Source of the DNA: Spirochaetales bacterium
GTDB lineage: Bacteria > Spirochaetota > Spirochaetia > Sphaerochaetales > Sphaerochaetaceae
DNA length: 32,587 bases
Reading direction: 5' to 3'
Assembly: GCA_022771185.1 (NCBI GenBank)
Contig: JALFCJ010000236.1
Span: forward strand, 1-32,587
The translations under genes were made by a program, and so were the position numbers. Below, in pieces: positions 25,501 to 31,854 of this stretch. Position 1 is the stretch's first letter. Each line of letters opens with the position of its first letter. A model generated the notes under the pieces. That model made no database searches and was not told the origin of the DNA. It saw nothing but the letters and a program-made list of their open reading frames with translations.

Positions 25501-25907
25501 GCAGTATTTGTTCTGGTAGAAATGGAAAGAAGGATATCTCCCAATGATACTGTATTTTTTATGTACTCCATTGAGAAGCCTATTATTTCTTCTTTTCTAC
25601 TGTCATAGCACAGTTTTTTAGGTGAACAAATGCACGGGTGAACTTTTGAAAGATCTAGACTCTTTATCAATTCTAATTTCTTCTGCTTTCTCACTGTAAG
25701 GAGTTGATTGAAATCACCATCAACATGATATATTTTTGCAACACTGTTTGTGTCTTCTTTTATCCTATAAATAGTACCCTCTGCACCAGAAGATATCATT
25801 TCACAAAGTGTTAACAGTCTATTGTCTATAGATATATGATTGTCTGATTGGAATGATTTTGATATTGGCACTATGGTATCTGGGATATTTGTAGTTGAAA
25901 AAACCAT
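22539..25907 (-). CDS. Giant Ser/Thr protein kinase-like protein: N-terminal kinase domain, zinc-ribbon cluster and a long helical Cys-rich C-terminal region
   Basis: 1122-aa ORF with a GGGGG RBS. Kinase motifs: SSGAEGTIY (G-loop), VAKIY (K58), VLVGDLKPENF (D168; non-RD), IVDVDSF and TPPEWE. CxxC pairs lie at aa 353-439 (CLFC, CRRC, CENC, CICC, CPQC). About 680 further aa are helical with internal repeats. Confidence 0.85.
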   Translation of the reverse strand: MVFSTTNIPDTIVPISKSFQSDNHISIDNRLLTLCEMISSGAEGTIYRIKEDTNSVAKIYHVDGDFNQLLTVRKQKKLELIKSLDLSKVHPCICSPKKLCYDSRKEEIIGFSMEYIKNTVSLGDILLSISTRTNTAYNRKELVSICLQIAQILSSLSNVENHQVLVGDLKPENFLITEDYKVYIVDVDSFQIDEFPCPVGTPDLTPPEWEGRKFNNFLRDIYGERFSAAALFFKILFLDINYFNHRELPENEEKEQKYFFSYNIDGTVQDSVPIGPSMYIWGNLPVYIRRLFVRAFTSFDNNRRNRPNLKEWVSAFSRYMDDFSFLSKQGSSFGQLLPTSYPYWFEKGKIHECLFCKSQIPFTINKGLPICTKDMVLGKKLYNHKCRRCGEEFFSASENEKICENCKDNINVDCICCGNKYVEKKSLLEDGKPQVCPQCTEKAYSFLNQFITRFRTITKMDYKFDSNVVSSKAIDILLKDNMPSFAQYNILPEVQTCFRDAIQYINDYSVVLEIKSKVSSLNNIRLKTLDSSNISNSDLCYFIKDNFPHRLLNDINPHYLSLLLQRLSDLSETSWTLWANQLASLKNAIEERYEMIQTVFPIYKFFCNFPSSLLEKDLSCFYDCKNQLKIVGPLQGVDISHYIKILDLCLDLRKNYKSIEKIIDSLQISFLSPITSIKPKIQKLEEEISNFLGEWGGCLDNYLNAIYMDIISNYSEIQEYHYLRLENQIDKKLSISQIYDIIETLSEIIDYPNTAELIQLYLSKIKSIQYQEAIICETNAKSSTDYLIAAQKFSQLLSYSDAKKHVEICNQLFLQKCKEEKEKHRLVNALSILLKDINNKRIEERISELPSLFRQIEMACSSRSCSLLLRKTENCIGIPEYEDFFTDCRKKQQELKKKEEQIKIKISNLPSLRMKLQKAESVDECSEILKIAEECLDIPEYKSLFSECEIKINDIYFQYQNNYIEALLLASSIQRCIEIKDEACRQLCDYYSENKQIFDEAFLNAVKRILNNTILSVKAAKTIPEINKITKSISEYAFIEGVSECLEDCLRYKKTLSREIEQKTILEIESSKKTTEIDSISEKLNEFFGDETPNGLKNTLETKRKKLKRKEKITSAIYKLFS

Positions 25908-25947
25908 AGTGTTTGCCCCCGCTTATTAGATTATCACTCTTTACAGT

Positions 25948-25982
25948 ATTATAGGTCATAAATACTTTTTTTGCCCTATAAT
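25948..25982. promoter_or_regulatory. Back-to-back divergent promoters for the kinase gene and the vWA-PP2C pair
   Basis: TATAAT occurs on the minus strand at 25953-25948 and on the plus strand at 25977-25982. The RBSs are GGGGG (kinase) and GAAGGAG (vWA). The -35 boxes are weak or unclear. Confidence 0.4.
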
Positions 25983-26008
25983 ATGAAGATAGTTTTGAAG
26001 GAGTAACA

Positions 26009-26773
26009 ATGCATACTAATCTAGACCAGAGTTTTATTGAATCACTTATTTCTAACCCGACGGACAGAGTACCTGTCTGTTTTTGTCTGGATTCAAGTTA
26101 TTCTATGTGGCAAGTTGTATCAGGTGAAACAACTCCTACGGGGAAAACGACTGAAGAAATTGATGGTGTTGTTTGGAATATAGTTTCTGGAGGTGTTAGT
26201 AGGTATTCCTTAATGTACAAGGGAATCATGGAATTCATTGACATGATAAAGGAGGAGCCAAGAGCACGCGCCTCAGTAGAATTATTTGTTGTTTCTTTTT
26301 CTGACAAAGCAGATTGTGTGGTTAGATGTGCATCTGTCGATAGTTTTTCTTTTCCTGATTTCGAAAAAGGAAGAAATACAAATATCGCTGCAGGCATTAA
26401 TCTTTCTTTAGATATTCTAGAAGAGAGAAAGAGTCAGTATAAACAGGTCGGAGTAAAATACTACCAGCCGATACTGGTTGTTATATCAGACGGAAATAAT
26501 AATGTTGATAATGATGCATACGAGATGGCTAAGAAAAGAATTCATGAATTAGAGAGAAATCGTAAACTGACAACCCTTGTTATATCCTGTGATGAAGATA
26601 GTAATATCAAAGAATTGGACAGCATAAGTTCTTCTGGTGAATCATTGAAGATAACTCACGATAAGATTGAATCATTTTTCTATTGGCTGAGTAGAAGTGT
26701 GTCCAGTTATTCAAAGGGAACGATAGAAAAAGTTACTATGAAGAAGAACAAAACGGAAAAAATTATACTATGA
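26009..26773 (+). CDS. von Willebrand factor A (TerY-like vWA) domain protein
   Basis: 254-aa ORF with MIDAS residues CFCLDSSYSM (DxSxS), GRNTNIAAG (Thr) and LVVISDGNNN (Asp). It has no signal peptide. Confidence 0.85.
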   Translation: MHTNLDQSFIESLISNPTDRVPVCFCLDSSYSMWQVVSGETTPTGKTTEEIDGVVWNIVSGGVSRYSLMYKGIMEFIDMIKEEPRARASVELFVVSFSDKADCVVRCASVDSFSFPDFEKGRNTNIAAGINLSLDILEERKSQYKQVGVKYYQPILVVISDGNNNVDNDAYEMAKKRIHELERNRKLTTLVISCDEDSNIKELDSISSSGESLKITHDKIESFFYWLSRSVSSYSKGTIEKVTMKKNKTEKIIL

Positions 26774-27510
26774 AGAATGTTATTTCTTTATGCAGCTCGC
26801 AAATAGGGAGTGCTCATATAAAGGGAAATATACCTTGCCAGGATTATGCATATACCATTCGAAAGAATGGCTGTAGTTGTATTTCTGTTGCTGATGGTGC
26901 AGGATCTGCGAAAAAAGCAGAAATAGGGGCACGCGTTGTTGCTACTGTTCTGACAAAATATATTGCTTTACACTTTTATCGTATTCATAATCTGGCTAAT
27001 CGTGGTCAAGCTACAAAAGTGCTGGTGGAAGAAGCCCGAAAAGCTATTACAAAGATAATGGCAGAGGGCGACTTGATTGAAGACTATAATACTACTTTTA
27101 TGGCAATAGCAGTAAAAGAAAAACAATGTATTGTCGTACATATTGGTGATGGGCTTACAGGATTTGAAAAAGATGGGAAAGTGGGGATAATTACATATCC
27201 AATGAATGGAGAGTATGCTAATACTACATATTTCATTACAGAGGATAATGCGGAATATATGATGCAGTGTAGATTGGTAGAATTGAAGTCAAAAAGTATT
27301 CGTCTGTTCTGCCTTTCAGATGGTTCAGCTGATCTTTATTATAATTCGGTTTTTGGTCTTCGAAACACTAATTCTCTTGTCTATTGTTTTAAGGAAATCG
27401 AGGAGTGTGAGAATCAGACTGAGAGATTAGGATGTCTGGAAAGATTATTGGGATATATATCTCCAAGGTTTACTGCCGATGATTGTTCCATAAGTGTCAT
27501 GTCGTTGTAA
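26770..27510 (+). CDS. PP2C-family Ser/Thr protein phosphatase (PP2C_2-like)
   Basis: 246-aa ORF with an ATGA overlap with the vWA gene. Motifs: GNIPCQDYAY, ISVADGAGSAKKAEIGARV, VVHIGDG and CLSDGSAD. Confidence 0.8.
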   Translation: MKNVISLCSSQIGSAHIKGNIPCQDYAYTIRKNGCSCISVADGAGSAKKAEIGARVVATVLTKYIALHFYRIHNLANRGQATKVLVEEARKAITKIMAEGDLIEDYNTTFMAIAVKEKQCIVVHIGDGLTGFEKDGKVGIITYPMNGEYANTTYFITEDNAEYMMQCRLVELKSKSIRLFCLSDGSADLYYNSVFGLRNTNSLVYCFKEIEECENQTERLGCLERLLGYISPRFTADDCSISVMSL

Positions 27511-27698
27511 ACATATGGTTTAACGTGACAGATGATATTCTGAAGTAAGCAACATATGTCATTTGAAAAGTTCTTTTTATGAGAAACATACATGGCTTGT
27601 TATGAAGTTGTTCAGTGTCCTTTGCGACTTGAATGACCAGTATCATCAGGTAACATCATTTGAGGATCTTCTGGATAAGATAAGCTAGAGTACAGACC

Positions 27699-27845
27699 CA
27701 AAAGGCCCGTGTTGACAAAACGTTGACAAAATGTTGACTAAACGTTGACAGATTTTGATTCAACTATCATGCAACTATTATGTTGCTGTTTTGAAGCTAT
27801 TTTGTTACTATACAGCAACTAAGTTGAAACAATGAGGGCCTTTTG
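27699..27845. repeat. Perfect 10-bp inverted repeat pair bracketing a 127-bp repeat-rich spacer
   Basis: CAAAAGGCCC at 27699-27708 and GGGCCTTTTG at 27836-27845. Confidence 0.6.
27711..27754 (+). repeat. Four tandem direct repeats with 11-bp period, each containing TTGACA/TTGACT
   Basis: GTTGACAAAAC / GTTGACAAAAT / GTTGACTAAAC / GTTGACAGATT start at 27711, 27722, 27733 and 27744. A second phased pair, CAACTAT, lies at 27761 and 27772. Confidence 0.85.
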
Positions 27846-27857
27846 AGAGGTAAAAAA

Positions 27858-27915
27858 GGGCGTCGATTAAAACTGCAAAACCGTTTTTCATCGGTCCAAA
27901 TCCGATCGGCACCTC
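27858..27915 (+). other. tRNA-like fragment (T arm plus acceptor-like stem; no D arm or canonical anticodon arm)
   Basis: ATCGG-TCCAAAT-CCGAT (27890-27906) resembles a T arm. CGGCACCT can pair with GGGCGTCG (27858-27865) in 7 of 8 positions, including wobbles. The middle can form AAAAC-TGCAAAACC-GTTTT. At about 58 nt it is too short for a tRNA. Confidence 0.3.
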
Positions 27916-27918
27916 TAG

Positions 27919-27950
27919 TACTCTCTCTTAAACGGGAGAGTATTTTTATT
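27919..27950 (+). terminator. Strong rho-independent terminator in an intergenic region (plus strand only)
   Basis: TACTCTCTC-TTAAAC-GGGAGAGTA (9 bp, one G-U) is followed by TTTTTATT. It lies about 410 nt after the PP2C stop and about 95 nt before the malic enzyme start. Confidence 0.75.
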
Positions 27951-28043
27951 AAGCTTTTCTCCTCTATTCTTTTCATTCGACATATACCTCTGATTCTTTA
28001 AAGACGCAAAGAAAAGGGTTAAACTCTCCTTCAGAGGATAAAA

Positions 28044-29324
28044 ATGGACAGTTTTGAAGAAAAAGCTCTCAGCTATCACAGCTCCGGAAAACCGGGAAAG
28101 GTTACGGTAGTTCCTTCCAAGCCCTGTAAAAGTGCAGAGGATCTTTCTCTTGCATATACCCCAGGAGTGGCGAAGGCCGTATTGAAAATCGCAGATAATC
28201 CACAGGACGCATACCGCTACACCTCCAAGGGAAATCTTGTTGCAGTGATTTCCAATGGTACGGCAATCCTTGGACTTGGAAACCGCGGGGCACTGGCTTC
28301 TAAGCCTGTGATGGAGGGTAAGGGAGTTCTCTTTAAGCGTTTTGCTGATATTGATGTCTTTGATTTGGAAATTGATGAGAAGGATCCAGATAAGTTCATT
28401 GATATCGTTGCGTCTCTTTCTCCAACTTTTGGAGGAATAAATCTTGAAGATATTAAGGGGCCGGAATGCTTCTATATTGAGACTGAACTGAAAAAACGTT
28501 GTCCGATTCCAGTCTTCCATGACGATCAGCACGGAACGGCAATCATTGCCTCTGCAGCTCTTTTGAATGCTGCAGAGATTGTAGGAAAGAAGCTTGAGGA
28601 CATGAAGGTCGTGTTTTCTGGCGCAGGTGCTGCTGGATGCTCATGTGCCAGGATGTTCCTGAAAATGGGCGTGAGGAAAGAAAACCTCGTCATGACAGAT
28701 ATCGACGGCGTCATTTATAAGGGAAGACCGAATATGAACCCAGTTCATGAAGAGCTGGCTACAGCTTCTCCTGCTAGGACTCTCCGGGAGGCTATTGTAG
28801 GAGCCGATATGTTTATGGGCGTATCAGCAACGGGCCTTCTTAAGCCAGATATGCTTCTTTCCATGGCCAAGGACCCAATTGTCTTTGCTATGGCAAACCC
28901 TGACCCCGAGATTACATATGAGGAAGCAATGGCTACAAGAGACGATGTGATTATGGGAACAGGACGCTCTGATTATCCTAACCAAATCAATAATATCCTG
29001 GGCTTCCCATTCATCTTCCGTGGTGCTCTGGATGTACGAGCAACAGAGATAACAGAGAATATGAAGGCTGCTGCTGCAAGAGCTCTTGCTTCTCTTGCTA
29101 AAGAGCCTGTACCGGAAGAGGTAAAGAAGGCTTATGGAGGAAAGGAATTCTCCTTCGGAAGAGATTATATTGTTCCTAAGCCCTTTGATCCGAGAGTAAT
29201 CGAGAGAGAGGCTGTGGCAGTTGCAAGGGCTGCGGTGGAGGATGGCGTTGCTCAGGAGCCTATTACAGATTGGGATGGATACGTAATGGAGCTCAGAGAG
29301 AGAATGAAGAGCTACTGGGAATAG
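28044..29324 (+). CDS. NAD(P)-dependent malic enzyme (short form, no PTA-like domain)
   Basis: 426-aa ORF with [52 protein letters not shown] and ANPDPEI, all classic malic enzyme motifs. Confidence 0.9.
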   Translation: MDSFEEKALSYHSSGKPGKVTVVPSKPCKSAEDLSLAYTPGVAKAVLKIADNPQDAYRYTSKGNLVAVISNGTAILGLGNRGALASKPVMEGKGVLFKRFADIDVFDLEIDEKDPDKFIDIVASLSPTFGGINLEDIKGPECFYIETELKKRCPIPVFHDDQHGTAIIASAALLNAAEIVGKKLEDMKVVFSGAGAAGCSCARMFLKMGVRKENLVMTDIDGVIYKGRPNMNPVHEELATASPARTLREAIVGADMFMGVSATGLLKPDMLLSMAKDPIVFAMANPDPEITYEEAMATRDDVIMGTGRSDYPNQINNILGFPFIFRGALDVRATEITENMKAAAARALASLAKEPVPEEVKKAYGGKEFSFGRDYIVPKPFDPRVIEREAVAVARAAVEDGVAQEPITDWDGYVMELRERMKSYWE

Positions 29325-29381
29325 GGGCTAATAATCCTTTGTTATCGCATGAAGCGTCTGAAAAAATTAGCTTTGAAATAT

Positions 29382-29407
29382 GCCGCCGGTGTTTTTCACT
29401 CGGCGGC
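29382..29407. terminator. Bidirectional terminator hairpin between convergent genes
   Basis: GCCGCCG-(12 nt)-CGGCGGC, followed by TTACCTTTTCTTTT on the plus strand and by a T-rich run on the minus strand. Confidence 0.65.
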
Positions 29408-29419
29408 TTACCTTTTCTT

Positions 29420-30007
29420 TTAGCTGAGAGCTTCCTTCAGCTGATTCTTTGCGTCATCAAGTGCTTCCTGATATTGATCTCTCAGCCTCTCCAGATATTG
29501 GTTTGCAACCTTTCTGTATTCTTTATCATTCTCAAGAGAAAGGTGCGGGGCCTCTCCATATTGTGCTCTTAGCTTTTCTTCCTTCTCTCTCAGCATAGGT
29601 TCAAACTGCTCCTTAAGCTGATTCATCAGCTGTTCTCTATGCACAGGGTACTGAGCGATATGGGCCAGAACCTGACCGAGGAAATCCTGTATTTCATCTC
29701 CTGACGGAACAGCAATAGAAAGAAGGAAGCTCAGTCTTTGAGCCTTCTTATCATCGCTCTTCTCCTCCTGAGGAAGGGAAAGGGCGTTGATGATTGTCTG
29801 ACCCAGCGCCACCCTTTTGTCATCGCTTCCATACTGAAGGAGCTTTTCTCTAGTACTCTCTTCTGTATCCTCGTCTGAGAGAAGGTAGGCTCCAGCGATT
29901 TTTCTGATTGCCTCTATATTTGCACTGTGTCTAATCTTTTCTGCATCAACCTCGATATTTTCTGTCCTTTCAAGTGCTATTTCCCATGCGCTTTTGATTC
30001 TGCCCAT
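29420..30007 (-). CDS. Hypothetical helical protein
   Basis: ORF with no family I recognise; it is acidic and helical. I prefer the ATG at 30007 (MGRIKSAWEIALERT...), preceded by GGAGGG, over the track start at 30037. Confidence 0.5.
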   Translation of the reverse strand: MGRIKSAWEIALERTENIEVDAEKIRHSANIEAIRKIAGAYLLSDEDTEESTREKLLQYGSDDKRVALGQTIINALSLPQEEKSDDKKAQRLSFLLSIAVPSGDEIQDFLGQVLAHIAQYPVHREQLMNQLKEQFEPMLREKEEKLRAQYGEAPHLSLENDKEYRKVANQYLERLRDQYQEALDDAKNQLKEALS

Positions 30008-30091
30008 AATGCCCTCCGTCGATATGATAATAACCATAAAATCCTTCAGAGTTAAGAAAGCTTAGATACTCTCCTTTTGAAGGATTGCCTT

Positions 30092-31618
30092 TTATTCTGT
30101 TATTCGTATTTCCTTCACTGTGGTCTTGTCACCCTCTCTATCGAAGTGAAGCTCCCTGTTACAGACCTCGGAGAGAAGAAGCCTGTCGTGTGATACCAAT
30201 ATAATTGAGGCCCTTGTTTCCTTAAGAATCTCTTCCATTGCTAAAACAGCTGTTATATCCAAATGGTTCGTGGGTTCATCCAGAATCAGCAGTGGGCAGT
30301 CACTATTAATAGAGAGAAGGAAATCAAGCTTTCTCATTTCCCCTGAGCTCAGATTCTTCTCTCCATCCAGGAAGGCAGAAGCGTTGCTTCCTAGCCTGAA
30401 CATAAGAGAGAGGAGGCTTCCTTTTTCTCTGTCATCCATTCCCTTCAGAGTGTCTTTTAGCCTTTCTCTGTCACCCTCATCATATTCCTGCTTCAGATAG
30501 AGAAAGCTAGAGCTCTTTTTCATGTATTCGCTACAGACATATTTTATGAAGAGCGTTTTTCCGCTTCCGTTGTCCCCCGTAACTGCTAATTTATCGCCTC
30601 TTTTCACCTCTATCTGGGGAACCTCAACCTTAAGGCTTCCGGCTGTTAGTGTGCTCTTCTCAATGAGGAAGCTTGAGAGCAGGGGAGAAAAGGACGCGGA
30701 GGATATGCCTTCCTTTCTCATTCTTGGACCGCTTAATGAGGATAATTCTTTTTCCTTCTGCCCGATTCTGCTCACAATCGTGCGTCTCTGATCTGCTACG
30801 CTTCTATCCTTTCCTGTTAGACGAGCTAAATCTATTTTCGCTTTAGCATCATTATCCTTTCTTCCAACAGTGCTTTTTGAAAGCCCCTTCGACGCTGCCT
30901 CAGCTTTCGCCCTGAGGGCCTTCTCACTACTAGCCATTCTCTTTATTTCTCTGCTGAGATTTGCTCTCTCCTCTCTCTCGGCTGTTTTCTTTTCCTTTGA
31001 GAGGGTGAGGGCATCTATGGGAGGAAGAGGAATATCTTCAAAAAATGTGGGAGTAGAGTCTCCGTAATTAGTCATGATGATAGTTCTAGAGGAAAGAGCG
31101 GAAGCAAAGGCACGGTCGTGGGAAATTATTATTCCGCAGCCCTTGAATTCCAGAAGGGCATTCAGAAGGTATTCCTTGTTCCTTTTGTCCAGATGGTTTG
31201 TGGGCTCATCCATAATAAGTATGTCTGGAGAGGAGGAGAGGGCTAGATAGGCCTGGAGTCTCTTCTTCTCTCCTCCAGAAAGCTCATCAGCATGGAGAAA
31301 CATATCCTCGTCTAGTCCCAGCTTTCGTCTTAGAGCAGAAGAAGAGGAGGAGTAATCATAAAGAAGAGCGTAATCCTCATCCTTGATGCCTGAGAAAATC
31401 TGGGAGCAGAGAACTGCATTCCCTCTTTTTTCAATTGCTCCAGCCTCCGGAGTCAGGCTGCCCTCTATGAGAGACGCGAGGGTGCTTTTACCGCATCCGT
31501 TTGAGCCTAGAATTGTCGTCCAGCCTTCATGGAAGGATAGAGATAGATCCTCAAAAAGGGAAAAGGATGAAGATGGATATGAGAAAGAAATATTCGATAG
31601 CGTGACATAAATAGACAT
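30092..31618 (-). CDS. ABC-F family ATPase (two ABC domains joined by a charged linker, no TM domain)
   Basis: 508-aa ORF with Walker A GSNGCGKST and GDNGSGKT, signatures LSGGEKKR and LSSGEMRK, Walker B ILIMDEP and LLILDEP, and a Lys/Arg/Glu-rich inter-domain linker of about 80 aa. Confidence 0.85.
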   Translation of the reverse strand: MSIYVTLSNISFSYPSSSFSLFEDLSLSFHEGWTTILGSNGCGKSTLASLIEGSLTPEAGAIEKRGNAVLCSQIFSGIKDEDYALLYDYSSSSSALRRKLGLDEDMFLHADELSGGEKKRLQAYLALSSSPDILIMDEPTNHLDKRNKEYLLNALLEFKGCGIIISHDRAFASALSSRTIIMTNYGDSTPTFFEDIPLPPIDALTLSKEKKTAEREERANLSREIKRMASSEKALRAKAEAASKGLSKSTVGRKDNDAKAKIDLARLTGKDRSVADQRRTIVSRIGQKEKELSSLSGPRMRKEGISSASFSPLLSSFLIEKSTLTAGSLKVEVPQIEVKRGDKLAVTGDNGSGKTLFIKYVCSEYMKKSSSFLYLKQEYDEGDRERLKDTLKGMDDREKGSLLSLMFRLGSNASAFLDGEKNLSSGEMRKLDFLLSINSDCPLLILDEPTNHLDITAVLAMEEILKETRASIILVSHDRLLLSEVCNRELHFDREGDKTTVKEIRITE

Positions 31619-31854
31619 TGTAGTACCTCGTGGAAATCAAGATTTTGTTGTTTTTCACTCAGTAATCATCATGCTTCAGTCACCTCTATTTCTGAAAAGA
31701 ATGGTATAGGAAAAAGAATAATGGGTCAATCACTTTTCTTGTGGGGTGAACAAATAGTCTGAGAACAATGGATATAGGTAAAAATTGAAAAAGTAGGGTG
31801 ATTTCCTTAGAGTTTATATAACCAAAACAACTCAGACACAAGGAAAAACCCTAC

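Noticed and set aside
27532-27690. 52-aa ORF just downstream of the PP2C gene (MIFEVSNICHLKSSFYEKHTWLVMKLFSVLCDLNDQYHQVTSFEDLLDKIS) as a possible fourth component of the triad
   Set aside because: It has no Shine-Dalgarno sequence and no recognisable motif, and its length is easily reached by chance in AT-rich DNA. It could be real or a gene remnant, but I cannot support it from sequence alone.
27699-27845. Tn7/Mu-like transposon end (TGT... with multiple transposase-binding repeats) or a MITE delimited by the 10-bp inverted repeats
   Set aside because: The repeats are all in one orientation with no mirrored set at the other arm. No flanking target duplication is evident and no cognate transposase lies adjacent. 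The region is kept only as an unexplained repeat locus in the findings.
27915-28532. 205-aa minus-strand ORF (plus 28102-28293, 28217-28399 and 28526-28714)
   Set aside because: They are antisense to the malic enzyme gene, which has unmistakable family motifs.
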